Part shown: positions 40,060-53,787 of the stretch, in pieces
How the letters are laid out: each line of letters opens with the position of its first letter
Numbering within the stretch: position 1 is the first letter of the stretch
Assembly: GCF_009914755.1 (NCBI RefSeq)
Contig: NC_060938.1
Strand: one strand, 5' to 3'
Source of the DNA: the human T2T-CHM13v2.0 reference genome, Homo sapiens
Length of the DNA stretch: 64,000 bases
Position numbers and translations under genes: made by a program
Notes under the pieces: generated by a model
Database searches by the model: none
What the model saw: the letters and a program-made list of their open reading frames with translations, nothing else
What the model was told of the DNA's origin: nothing

Positions 40060-43000
40060 TTTCAGGTTATCTACTCTAACCTGATTCTAGATTCCCTTCT
40101 CACATATTTGATAGCAATGAAATGTTTTCCCACTATTTAAATGGGTTAATTTGCCACAGTTCATAGAAACTGGTAAGTTGCAAGGCCTGGAAATGCAAGC
40201 TTAGTTTTCTAGTAAGTGCAACTTGAATTAGCAATCAAACAAAGCAGACCTTCCGCAGTTGAAGAAGGCTCATGACCAGAAGGATTTGAGTAAGGCAGTA
40301 AAAATGTAGAAAGAGAAGCAGTGAGGTGCTGTCAGTTGTGGGAGTAGCACAGGGAATTGGTTCTCTAGTCTGCTGGATTTCTTGTTCTTTGAAAATTAAG
40401 TAGTATCTGAAACCTTTAAGAGTAGGCTTAATTTCTTTTTTACTGTTTCCAAATGTTCATATCTTTATATACTTTAACGTATAGATACCATTTCTTTGAT
40501 TCAGGTTTCAGTCTTACTTTGAGATAGAAGTTCTTTAGCTTCTTTGAATCAGAAAAGTCAGCTTCATATCTCATACAAAATTTCTAACATTTCTGTGATT
40601 TTATCTGCCAACTCTTGAGAAAAATTAGTCATAATATATAATTTAAATTTCCTATGAAATTTACTGTGAAATCCAAGGCCTATTACCTTTGTCTATAGGT
40701 TTTGATCATATTTGCAAAAACTCATTAATAGAAGCATTTCTCTGTTCCTGAAGTAGACTGGACGAATAGGTTAGCCCATTATTGCTTGTCTCTGAATGTG
40801 CTCTTAAACTATATGAAATGAGACAAGACTGAGATGATTAAAAAAAAAAATCCAAAGGGTACCTTGATTAGATGCACTTTAGCACTATAAAGCAGTTTTC
40901 TTTTAATAATGGAAAGTGAAGAAGGTTTCATTAGTTCAGACAAGGATGTATATGAAAGTAAATTTGGAGCCTTCTCTGTGTGTATACGTGCACACACGTG
41001 CTCTTTTAGAAAGCTCACACACCAGCAGGGACATTATGTAGCTTGCAATGATAAAATAGAACTGAAGGGGATGTTATTTTAAATCCACTCTTGTCTACCC
41101 AAAAAAGGTGCATTATTGGGAAGGACTTTGATAGTGGTGTATTTTACAGTTTGACAACTTGGGACTTTGTAAACTGGCAATTGGGTATAGACGAAGATAT
41201 CCATTTATCTCATATATGTCTTGTTGAGGCAAAGCTGTCAGAAGAAATCTTATCACATGGTGCCCCATTTGTTTTCTGTGGTGATTTATGATGGTTTTGA
41301 AAAGGTCTTGTGATCCCATAGGCTGCCACGATTCTCTGACTTTTCTCTGTCAATGGATCAGATTTTTGACATTTTCTGAGAGCATTCAGAAAATATTTGA
41401 TAAATCAGCTTGTGGTGTTTATTTTAATTGATCTGAGGCTCATTCCTTCAAGAATTCATCAACTACAGTGACAGGGTCTGGATGTGCTGCAGTGAAATGA
41501 AAGAATTGGGCTGGCCATGCTCCTGTGGTGATGATATAGATATTTTGTTGAAAGTTTATGCGCACCGACGAGAAGATGTCATAACTAATTTAGTATGTTG
41601 TAAATCTTTTGACACAGATTCTAATTCATAAATCTCATCCATCACATGTGATTCATGAAACTATAGACAACCTTTGATGAGAAGGTACTTCTGTCTCTGT
41701 TCCAAGTTCCTTACATTTTTCCTTATTCAAAAATAAATCATTCCAGAACAACAGAATTCTATTATGAAAATGGAACTGTAGAGACCCTTCATTCCCTCAC
41801 TTCTGTTCTTATACCCATAAAAAGAAAAACTCTTTATTTGAAAAGAAAGGTGTGTTTCTCTTAGGACAGGAAGATAGAAGTGTATGTGCTGTATATACGT
41901 GTGCATTCACAAAAATATGCAAATATAGAGAGAGACTGATCTCAAAGAAATGGCAAAGATGAATGTTAACTATTTTTCTAGAATAAATTGACTTCAGATA
42001 AAGTCTTCCTCATTTTAATTTTTAATTTGAAATTAATTTCAAAAATCAACATTAATAGACATAACATACAGTTATAATGCACCAAATATATGTTTTATGC
42101 CCATTCTTAGGTTTACTTGGCATATAAATCTATTTATTTATTTATTTGGGCTACAAGTTGGCCTTATTGATTTACTCTATTTCAGCTTGACTAATAAACA
42201 GGCAATCATTTTTCTCAGAGTGTCAAATATCTAACAAAGGATGGTCCAGAAAATGGTTGGTACATGAGATCTTGGTTAACAGATGCTTCTGAGAAACCTA
42301 AAGCTAACGTGTGGTTATATGTCATCTAACTTAAGTCTGGCCAGATATGAAAATGCTTTACCATTAGTAAAAAGTTTGTACATGTATGTCGTTACAAATG
42401 AGTCATTTAAATGACTAGGTAACGAGAAGTATACTAATGACCATGGCCTATGTTAAAGTTATTTAAGACTTAGTTGTTGCCCTGACAAACTTTCTAACTG
42501 CAATACGTGAAAAGGTGAGATTGAAGATGATAAAGACAAAATTGAGATGGATGTGGAACTCTTAAAAAGATAAAAAGAAGAAGCCATATTTACAGATACC
42601 TTGAAACATACTTTATGAGGAAGTATCATGAAAGAAATAAAACTTAAGTCTAGGCTTGAAGAAAGTGTTAAATGTGATATTAACTTCTAATTTTTGAACA
42701 TCTAAACTGTCAAAAAATACTTTTTGCCAGCTAAAAGATAGGGATGCCAAAGTGTTCATGTAAAAATCATATTAGATGAGTTTGAAATCCAGGATTTCTT
42801 CTCCCCTCTAGTTCTAATAGTCCTCATACCTTGTATCATTGTGCGTATATTTAAAAATTATTTATAACAAGAGGCAAAACATAAGTGCATTTTAGTATTA
42901 TAATGGAGGAATCTAATTTTATTAACTATCTCCATACCCCCACTATGGTTAAATTTTTATATAAATAGCTAGTAAGTTCCAAAATTGGCTAATATGGATT

Positions 43001-43796
43001 TTCATAATTATCTTTCCCTTCTGATGGATGTGGTAGCCATCTGTAGATTACGTCAAAGTGAGCAATGCACAGTAAAAGACCTGGATAACTCACAAATTAG
43101 AGAAATGTCTCTTTCCTTATCAAAACCTAAATAAGCAAACTACAAGGGGTAAAAAAATGAAAGAAGAAAAAAACATAAGTAAAGGCGAAATTCACACACA
43201 TCCTCTCTTTGAAGCAGTCAAGTTTTAGAAATGAAGAAACTCTGACAGGGGAAAGGTCACTCAGAAAAAGACACAGTACAAAATGCCATTTCTGTAATGG
43301 AGAGTAATTTGAAATAAACTCCTGCTTGGAGCCCATAATGAGGAAGAAAAGAAACAAAGAGCCAGAAAGGTCCAGTGTCAGAATTTAAAATAGGTAAATT
43401 TTAATGACTCTGAAAGGCGCAATGAATGACCAGTATCCAGCAGCCTGAGCAGAAATGATGTGAAGTGGCAATCTGTCTGCTTCACCCATCTCTCTTACCA
43501 AGTTTTCTCTCCTAATGTTCAAAACCACTGTTCTCAGTCTCAGAACTCTCTGATTACCAGTCGGTTCTAAGAGCAAAGAAATAAACATTAGTTAGATACA
43601 ACAGATGAGATAAAGTCTACTGGGTCCAAGATTGGGATGCGTCAATAAAGTGGAACCATAAGAAAGCGGATTTCCGTATAGCTAACAGGAAAAATAAACC
43701 CTAAAAAAAAAAAGCCATTTTACTGAAAGTGCTAGAAACATTTACTATAATCTTTAACAGCTTTCTACTGTGCCAACATGATGAAGTTACTAGTCC

Positions 43797-43917
43797 CTTG
43801 ATAATTCAGGCAACCATATAGAATTTTGTTCTTTACTTGACTGCCTGCCAATAGAATCAATTGATAATGAACCTGATGTTTCCCTCATGAGAAAATTAAA
43901 AAGAAATAGTAAAAGGA
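43797..43917 (+). repeat. 121 bp segment duplicated at 45193-45313
   Basis: ungapped alignment by eye, 104/121 identical. Confidence 0.9.
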
Positions 43918-44332
43918 ACAAACACTAAAATTCTACAGATTTGACAGATCTTAAAGACATAAATGATATGAATGTTGTAGCATTAATCACAATTTTAGAT
44001 CCTATTGAGTTTGCCCAAGTGTTGGCCTTAGTTATTCCCATCCAGATTGCAGCTCAGGAAATGTATTGAGACGCAAATATGGTGCATGTGGTTTATCTTT
44101 TCACCGATTATACAAACTTCATCAAATTGTAAAAAGCTTTGATGTCTCAAGCTGTTCCATTTTCATAGTTGAGAGTAAAAATGAAAGAAGGGAAGTTGCT
44201 ATAAGGAAGAACTCTGCAGAGATTTTTTTTCCCAATCAGTCAAGAATGCATTAAGTAATTCTACTTGCCCGGCACCCAATACCATGCTAGGTATGTTTGG
44301 TGAGATACAAAGGAGGGCTTGGAAGTGGGATC

Positions 44333-44384
44333 GTATCCCAGTAAACCTTCAGATTCTTTTATTATCCTGACTACCACTTCACAC
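44333..44384 (+). repeat. 52 bp segment duplicated at 44672-44723
   Basis: gtatcccagtaaaccttcagattc... vs gtatcccagtaagccttcaaattc..., 46/52 identical. Confidence 0.9.
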
Positions 44385-44723
44385 TACTGCATTTTTGGAC
44401 GTTAAGGTGTAGTTCAGGGGGTAAAATATCAAGACCTACAGTAACATGAAGGGAACAGTTTTATAAACAACGAGTCCATGGCCAAACTGGACTGTGAATC
44501 CAGAGGAGGCTAGTAGAGTCAAGGAAGGCTTCCTGGGAAGAGTCTGATCCATCCAACTATAAAGTGTAACAGTAAAAATATTAAGCTCAATATTTTGCTA
44601 AAAATACTGGTCATAAAGAAAAGTAGAGAAATTCAGATCAGCCCACAAAGTACAATGGACAGTGGATGACAGTATCCCAGTAAGCCTTCAAATTCTTGTA
44701 TCATCCTTACTACCACTTCCCAC

Positions 44724-45682
44724 CCTATTTCCCCTGCAGTCAAAGTGAATGACAACTCAGGCCAAAATAACACTGGAGGCATATTTGACCATACCCCATG
44801 TATAATACATCAGCATTTGGACGCAGCTTCACAATACATCCAGAGTCTCACTGCTTCTCAGCCCTTCACGGCTACCACTGCAGTTCAGGTCGTATCATCT
44901 GTGTTTGCGTGTCTACTGCAGCCACCTAATGGGTGCCTCTGCTTTCTCTCTTGCCTCCCGACCCAACAACCACGATGGTCCTGTGCAAACATAAGTCAGA
45001 TCTTGTCACTTTGTTCCACTCTCTCCAAGGCCTTCCCATCTTAGAGAAAAAGCCAAAATTGCTATAAGCCCTCTGTGACCTGCCAAGGCCTCCTCCCCAC
45101 ACACCTTTTATTTCTCTGTTGTTATCTCCTATTATTTCGTTGTCTTTCACTTCCATCCAGCCATCCTGCCTCCTCACTGGGCACTGCCCTCTCTTAATAA
45201 TTCAGGCAACCTCATATGATTTTGTTCTTTACTTGACTATCTGTCAATTGAATCAATTGATAATAAACCTCATGTTTCACTTGTAAGAAAATTAAAAAGA
45301 AATGCTAAAAGGACTCCTCAGGTACTCCTGTTTCCTCTGCCTAGAGCACTCTTCCCAGATATGGCATCGCTTGTTCTCCTTTTCGAAGTCTTTGTTTAAA
45401 TGTAACATGCTCCGTGAAGTTTCTCAGACTACCACATTTAAAATTGCAAACTTCCTCCCCCAAGCTCCCTGACACCCCTAAACCACTTTCTGACTTTATT
45501 TTTTTCCATAATACTTGCCACCTACTGGCATACCATGTAATTCAGTTATTGCTTTTGTTGATTGTCTGTCTTACACTCTCCTGGGATGGGGAAACTTTGT
45601 TTTGTTCCCCGAGATATCCCATCACCTAGAACAGCATGTGACAGATACTAGGTGTTCAATAATATTTGTGGAGTAAATGGAT
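44724..45682 (+). mobile_element. L2a LINE 3' portion
   Basis: 'ctcaggccaaaa', 'cataagtcagatcttgtcact', 'catcttagagaaaaagccaaa', 3' end 'cctagaacag...ggtgttcaataatatttgtggagtaaatggat'. Confidence 0.82.
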
Positions 45683-45755
45683 TGTAGAGCTAGAATCAAG
45701 ATCACCATATCAAAGGAGGATGCTCTCCCGAAGTTGTGTTGCATTTGGTTTAGGA

Positions 45756-45920
45756 CACAGGTTCCTAACCGGGTCTCTTTGGATAGGATTTGGGGGATTT
45801 GTGAATCTCTGAAATTGACATAAAATGTTGTGTTCATCTATTTTTTATGATTGAGTAAAGTTTTATAACTTTTGTGAGATTCTCAGAGGTCCTTGGCATA
45901 AAGAATAAAGAGAACCACTG
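45756..45920. mobile_element. Charlie4z-like hAT MITE
   Basis: cacaggttcctaacc...agagaaccactg ends; 8 bp TSD gtttagga/gtttagaa. Confidence 0.72.
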
Positions 45921-48014
45921 GTTTAGAATGCCCCCAAAGCACTTGGGAAGAACTATGTAGTTTTTTTTTTTTTTCATTCTATTAATTAAAGCAGAATATT
46001 AATCATCTTATTTTAAACATAGGAAAATTGATACATAGAAAAAAGTTTTAAATGAGTTTTCACAAATCCAAAACATCCTTATATTTTGGTAAATTATGTC
46101 AGCTTCAGTTTGAATGAAAGGACCAGATGTCAGTTAACTCAAAGCAGTCAGAGCAGCAAAGGCCTCATCAGATCATCATTTGTTTAATTCTCTAAGTAAG
46201 TTTTGCGCATCTAGTTTATACACATTCTTGTCAATGTGTTGCCTTGAAACTACTTCCTGCCTACTCCTTACATGTGTGTGTGCACAGTGGGTATTTGTTT
46301 ATTAAATAAATTAATATTGAATGAATACAGCCAGAACTTGGATAACTACCTATGAGGTATTATATTAAATTAGTGGTAAAATCCATACTGTTTGATTTCC
46401 AATCCAGTATGTTTTCTGTTTGACTGTGTAGGGTCTGTCTTAGTGTAACATGACCTTTTATTTAATTAGAAACATAAATAATGTGCCAACAGTGTTTGTG
46501 TTATAATCTTGGTCTTACCATGGACCTAATTGGTGACCTTGGCACTTGCTCTGCCTTGATTACTTAAATTTTAAAATGGGAATAATATAATTACCTTGTT
46601 GTCTTGACTAATTAAAATATAAAATATAAATTGGCCTAAGCCATCCCAAACATCCACAGCTTATTTTAAATTCTGAGCATAAAACCATAGGCATAAACAC
46701 GATAACAGAGACCACTTTTCCAGTTAGTCAACATACAGGAAATTCTGCTGCAAGTAGGGAAATATCTTTCCTTTGCTGTAACAACAGGAGAGCTGCTACC
46801 TTGGTTTGCTTGTGACAAATGGGGATGAATCCCTTTGAAGACGCTGCAGGAGAGTTCAGGCTGATTAAAGACACAGAGGTACTTTAATGAAATTCTCCAC
46901 ACTAGCTTGTTTTTGGTGAACAACTATATGCAGTAGAGGAGGTAACAAAGCAGGTGTTAGAACAAGCTTTGCCCAAAGATATCTGGATGTTTCTATCTGA
47001 CATTATTCCAAAGGCAAGATGAAATAAGCGGTTAGATATGTTGTCAAAGAGATTGATGTTATAAACTATTTTGAAATTTCCTCTGATTAATTCTATAAGC
47101 AACATAGTTCTTCACCAAAGGTAATGCTGTGAGTTAGGGGACCAGATATTAACCCATATTGTCTCCAAATAATAATAATAACATTTGGGTATAAAGAATG
47201 GAAAATGATAAAGCAATAGGAGAATTCATGATTTTTCAATCCATCAAAAAGTGAAAGGCTATTGGAATCATTTATAAAAGTAAACTTTATTTTCTCCCTT
47301 TCATTTTGTCTGTCTGCCATTTGTGGTCTTATAGACTTGTTAGAGAATGAAAGGATCTTAAATGGTTAACCAATGATAAAATAGAATTGTCAAAGAGAAA
47401 TTAACTGGCCAAGATCACTTGACTAGATAATGGCAAAACCAGAACTACAACCCAGAACTTCTGACTTCTACCCCTTCCCTCTTTGCGTGTATACGTTTAT
47501 GTCAGGATCTTTCTGGCAGTGCTTTCTCCCACATCATGTCTGTGTCTATGCTGAGAGAGACAAAGGGAGAGGGAATGAAAATGAATACGAATCTACAAAC
47601 ATCTAAGTATATTAAAATTTCTTATTGTATTGAAGGTAATATTTGCATAAAATTTACCTTTAGAGGGGGACTGCATGCAGTTACAATATTGAGTTCCAGA
47701 AGAGGTCACTGATTTCCCAAAATTTGCCTTTCTCTTAACAGAGGATACGTAAATATCCCAAATGTTGAATATATATGAAATTCAGTGCTTCTTGTACAAG
47801 ATGTTTTACAAGACTTTAAAAATTCTCCAGGGGTGTATACGTCCCACTGTGTTTGAGGCAATTAATACTTAACACCTTTAGCAATATTCCCCAGGGTGAT
47901 TATGAAACGTAGACTATTGGGCCATCATTAACTTATTGGGAAAGATAGCATCATGGAAGCACAGAATGACAACATCATTCAATGTCTGCTAGCCTGCATT
48001 AAACTAACGATGCT

Positions 48015-48290
48015 ACTCACTTGTTAACAAATATTTACTGAACACCCACCATGTGACAGGCACCATTTTTAGGTGCTGGGGCCACACCAGTGAAAAAAGC
48101 AAAGCTTCCTGCCTGTATGGAGTTTATATTCCAGTGGAGGGAGATAGATAGACAATAAGTAGAAAAGAAACCAAATACATCAGTTTTGTAGTATTTTAGG
48201 TTATCCATACAAAGGGATAAGAAAGATAAAAAGTAAATAGGAGAAAAGGAATTGGGAGTGCCATGAAGTGGGAGTGGAGCTTGCAGTATT
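48015..48290 (-). mobile_element. L2a LINE 3' end
   Basis: 'caaatatttactgaacacccaccatgtgacaggcacc...cttcctgcctgtatggagtttatattccagtgg'. Confidence 0.8.
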
Positions 48291-48899
48291 AAATATTAGT
48301 ATGTTTGTTAAGGGTACTATACTCAAAACTTCTTTCAACCATATTCTCTGTAATATTAACATTTATTCCAAGCCACACAAAGCATCAAAGAATTTGAGTA
48401 TTATATATATTTATACGTATATATATATATGCATTATTGTCACATAAAAATTCAATGACCATGTGAATTTTTATTCAGAGGGGATGGAGAGAAATTAGTC
48501 TAAAATTATAAAGTTTCTGTCAAGTAGCAGTTTTAATAAGCATTTTCAATAAGATCCATGGGAATCCACACTGGGTCACAGCATTGTTGAGGAAACGGAA
48601 CTAAGATAACAAATGTGAGATCATGAGGAGGATTCCTCATATAACGTACAAATAAAGTTGTTTTTCTTTCTTAGTCTATGGTACTGAATAAAGATACATT
48701 CTGATACCCTCTTCAGACACAGTTCAAGCTTTGACCTTTGTGAAGTTCCAAGAACCTTGGCAATTTTGGGTCCTAGCTAAAATACTCTTCACTATTTCTG
48801 TATCGGGATGCACCTAACTGAAAAAAAAATTAGACTTTAAGTTCTATCAGTGATCTTGAGTCACTACAGCATAGACCCCAACTGCAGATCCTCACGTAA

Positions 48900-48939
48900 T
48901 AGTTGAAGACTTTTCAGCTTTTAGTTGAAGACTTTTCAG
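48900..48939 (+). repeat. 18 bp perfect direct repeat (22 bp period)
   Basis: tagttgaagacttttcag twice. Confidence 0.88.
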
Positions 48940-49219
48940 GTTTTCTTAGAGCAAAGGCAGCCTTATTCAAGGTAGTTCAAGGTAGGCAGCTGATTCTCTC
49001 CATCCTGAAGGTTTTTCACGCACATAACTTTGCACAGTTTCCTACAAGAACATCAATAACAAAAAGGAGAAAGATTAGGGTAAAAACATATTAGAAAGAT
49101 ATTTATTTATATAAGTTAGTGTTGATGAACACATCTGTGCCTATGTTCCAAAACAAATTCCTTTCACTATGCTTTAAAAGCAAAGCACATTTGGATGTGC
49201 TGTGTTCCACAGGATGTTC

Positions 49220-50065
49220 ACAGAGATGCTGATGAATTGGCCACTTAAGAGTTTTCCTTGTCAACAAAGAGATGTCCAAATAGCCATGTAAATAAACCCT
49301 CAAGAAAATCTCTTATCAGCAGTGTATTTATTGGCCATCAGAGACTCGACCCAAAAATGCGAACATGGTGAACAAAATTCCTTGACCACACCAGTTATGA
49401 GTGGTTTTAAAGTTCACACTTTGGAAGTTGAATATGCCTCTTTGCCATAAAGCCTGCATCACAGAATTCTCTAATATGTTGCGTTGTGAAGCTAGTGGAA
49501 AAAATGGTTTGTTATCTCTTTGTCTTACAGTTTAACTCTCATCTTTAAATTCTCAATAAGATTTCTTATTAAAAGAGTAAGATTTCTTTTTAAAATCAAT
49601 ATGATTTGCTATGGAGATCTGCTTATAAGCATTCAAGGGGCATACAGCTCAGATTTTTAATAGAATATTTAGGATTCCTAGATCTATCACAATGGGCTTC
49701 TCCAAAGGATATTCAGTTTGTCAGATATTCAGTATGCCAGGACACAGGTTGGAGAACTGTGAAGAAAATGTAAAGTCAATGAAGAAGGTAGCATTTGGGG
49801 GCTTCAGGGAGTACAAAGATAATTGTGGATCAATTGTGCCAGACAATTTGAAGCAACTTAAGACTGCCGTCAGTACTTTAATTGTTTCTGCTGCAGAGTT
49901 TGAAAGAGCATTTAGTTCAATGAATGATGTGTTAACACCTAGTTGCGATGCTCCGTCCATTAGTTGCATATCATCTTTGTCTTTTTATTGAGCTGGTTGG
50001 TCCACTGTTTCACGTGTTTAAGCCCAAAGATTATGTCAAGAAGTGGCTTGTAAGTGGCGGCTTGA
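49220..50065 (+). pseudogene. decayed hAT transposase fragment (C-terminal dimerization domain; Tip100/KIAA1586-like clade)
   Basis: 'TAVSTLIVSAAEFERAFSSMNDVLT..CDAPSISCISSL' (ORF 49692-49991) continues after a frameshift as 'FIELVGPLFHVFKPKDYVKKWL' (ORF 49948-50163), fitting the hATC pattern S.A.cER.FS.MN; upstream 'LIEYLGFLDLSQWASPKDIQF' from 49657 and a 'QQRDV' remnant at ~49262. Confidence 0.8.
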
Positions 50066-50340
50066 AAGCTGGAAATTGTAGAAATGTGACAAGAGAAGCT
50101 CTCTGGCTCTTCTGTCTTACTTTTATTTTATTTGAAGAGTTTGAACTGTTTCCCCTTCCTTAAGCCTGGGCTCCTGGGTATTGAGAGAGTAAGAAAACGA
50201 TACAATTTTCTCACGTAATGAAATAGAAAGAAACAAGATCATGCCAGCATTAAGTTCAGTAACTTTTTCACTTTTGGGAAATCAATAATACCTTCCCCAT
50301 GAACATCCAATGCATAGTTGATAGAAAACCAGGTGGAGCG

Positions 50341-50703
<363 letters not shown>

Positions 50704-53643
50704 TCAAGAAGGAATATGCATTGCTATAGGAAGAAAGAGAAATAAGTGAGGATCATTATCAGAATTGCCCTTTCACATTAGAGTTTGTTCTGATGAGAAT
50801 TCAGCCATCTACTACTTTGGTGCCTGCACTTGAAACAGAGTTTTGGTTTGCATCCTGGATATCCTTTTCTATAGTGTGTGTATGAACTTGAAAAACTGAT
50901 GGACTGAAGAAACTAATGATAGCAGTGAGGCTTGTACTCCTCAATGGTTTTTTTTGTTGTTTTTGTTTTTTTTTTTAACACATTCCCTCTAGACTCTCAT
51001 ATATTCTCATTTTCTCCAGAGGAAAGAGTCTGAGAAACTCACCATTGTATGATCCTTACTTCTCCTTGTCCCAAATTTAAGGGACAGCATTTCAGACACA
51101 CTGTCTTCTGTCGAGTCCACAGCCATTTGTTTTTCTATTTTTTTTTTTCCATTTTCATACCTTTTTTATTCTAGCACTAGACCTGAAAACCTACATCACA
51201 GGACTTGGTAGCTTGTGACTTCAAACAACAGGCATTCAAATTCAAGTGATGATAGATAGCTCATGATTAAAATATCTCTTTTCTTTGTGCAATGAGCCAG
51301 CAAGATTCTTTGAGAGCATTTAAACTCTAATGCTATCATACTTCAGCATTCTTCTTTAGAATTCTTCACATCCACAATTTCTCAAGAGAGGGTATTTAGC
51401 TGTCCAAATTCTCATCAGTGCTGCTGTGTTCAGCCATAACCTTGAACTATGCCTGGCCTTTCTTTATTCTCTTCCAGGACATATTCCTGGAGTTCCTATT
51501 TACTTTGTCTCCCCACATGTATATCCACTGAGAGAAAGCACCATTTAGACCATTACCAAGTCAATTTTGAGTTTAAATACCTTTCACTTGAAAGTCTACG
51601 GGATTTTGATCTGTTTGGAGTGGATAATTTGAGGGGGGTCTCTTTTGCACAACTTGTGGAAAAGCTCTGTCTCCTTGATGATGAGTAAAGGAAGAAAAAA
51701 GAGAATTTGAGTTACTGAATATTTAATTCTGGACAGCAGTTTAATCAGGACTGGGATTTGGGCAATGGCTCCAGCCCCCTCCTAACTTAGTACAGTTTCA
51801 GTTCTTAGTATTCCTTAATTATCCCACTGAGATGTTTGAGAAGCAACTAGTAGTAAATGAACTTGGCAAATCAGCTATTACCCAAGTAATGAAATACAAA
51901 TACATATGTTTGACAATTCTGCAGGGAAATTTTTTAAGCCAGGATTCTCAATGGATTGTATTGGCCAAGAGAGGAAAAAACAGGTGTTGTTATCAAACCA
52001 TATCTACAAACAATTTGACAGGAGTTTTAAAATAATGCACAGATTTTCTTGCCATGAATTCCAAACATGTCAATTAACCTATGGAGAATCCTGATTGTCA
52101 AATAATGAATCAATATATGCCCCCCCAGGATGGAGAAGGGAGGGCTTGCTGTGACGTCGGGTTAAATATTCAAGGCTTTCTCCCAAACAGTATATCTAAG
52201 GATGCATATCAACTTCACATCTAACCTCAAACAAAGCAGAGATCAGCTCTACTGAGAAAATTGATTTTATTCAACAGTAAGGCAAGGGAAATTAGTAAAT
52301 TCAATATTTGTAGAAAGAAGATAAGCGAAGCCAGCTATTCCTGGTGGTCTGAGACTATTCTTTGTTTTGGTAATTATGCCTTTATGTTTTAGGGCTCTTA
52401 TTTACATTTTCAGAAGGGCTTGAAATAGTTCATGCACCAAGCATCCCCCTGAGCATCCAGCTTCTTCCACTGTGCAACAATAAAGTTGTCCCTGGACCAA
52501 TACAAATTGAAAATGAATCCTAACTTTATAGAAAGTGCTGCTTTGCTTCTCTCATTGTTTGGAGCTTCTTTAGAGCTGAATCACAAACTAATGATCTCCA
52601 CTGCAGCCAAGTCCTTGGTGTGATAGTATCTCATTGTAGTGGAGCCCACATTTACGTAATGTGTAGTCTAAAATACCTTTGAGTTCAAGAATAGAACTAT
52701 GGAAAATAATTTTATCCTAGTTTGTGTGCACCTGGATTGTAAGACACAGGCAGAAATACAGCAATGGGATGAATTTACTAATGTTTGCTATTGGATGGTA
52801 AGCCATTCTAAAGCTATGAAAGCCTTCAAAACCCCATAGGTCTCCATTTTGCCATTAGCCGTACCAGTTTAAACAGTCTGCTGCAAGAAATATTGACAGG
52901 TCAAGTACAGCTGGGAAGAGCACGTGTCCCAGTGGCCTTTACACTGACAGTTTCTCCCACATTAAAGAGTTAACTAGCAGCCAACCAGCTCGAAGTGGGA
53001 GCTAATGAATGAAATGGAGATTGATATAGACTCTCTTTGGCGGTGCATCGATCTGTATCTTGTGAACTCAGCTTAGGAATTCTGCAGGCAGCATTGCCTG
53101 AATAACCCTGGCATGGTGCCCATTAGCAAATAACTCTTTTAATGTTGGTCTTCCACTGATATATTTATTGTATTGCATATTACAGTGACCCTTCCCTACA
53201 CTGTGTTTGTATTTGATGGTCGTGGCAACAAGCTAAGGGAAGGCTCAGCAGCAGGATACATTTGCGTTTGGGCAGTGTCAAAGAAATATTTAATTAATTG
53301 CATCCTTCATTTGCATGTGTTGCATGAAAAAGGTCTCTTTGGGGCACTGAATCCTCTTCCTTGCTGCCCAGCTAGTAGTAGTGAATCTGTCGAATATGAT
53401 CTGAGACCTTGGCATAGACATTATCTCTTATGACGATTTCACGTTGAAAATAGATTGTGAAAGACCGGTTAGTCTTGCAAGCTGTAATTGACGATATTAT
53501 CTGTGTAACTGATAACTAGCAGAAGAAGGCAAAGGTAATCCCTTCTTAAAGAACTAGTTGGTGACCTTCTAGGTGTTGACCAAGTCCATGTGAGTTTAAG
53601 CGTGTCAACTTTAGCCATACCTGAGTGGGTTCTTTTCATTTAA

Positions 53644-53787
53644 CAGTTGTTCTCGAAGCTCGGTATTCATAAGAATCACCTGGGGAGCTTGTGATTCAGG
53701 ATGTCTGGGTTGGGGCCTGGAAATAAGCATTTTAAAACTAATAGTTTTGATGCAGGTGGTCTTCAGACTATAATTTTTAAAATGTTG
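53644..53787. mobile_element. MER5-family hAT MITE
   Basis: 'cagttgttctc...aagaatcacctggggagctt...gtctgggttggggcctggaaataagcatttt...tgatgcaggtggtc'. Confidence 0.7.

Noticed and set aside
41529-41570. Possible C/D box snoRNA (GTGATGA ... CCGA)
   Set aside because: Boxes under 40 nt apart, non-canonical D box and no good terminal stem.
47707-47754. Strong acceptor with TGC motif followed by gtaaat 7 nt later
   Set aside because: Weak donor, 7 nt would shift the frame, and longer versions have stops in all frames.
32772-48939. Short direct repeats as a possible CRISPR-like array
   Set aside because: Each occurs only twice, they are unrelated to each other, and the DNA is primate; they are simple slippage duplications.
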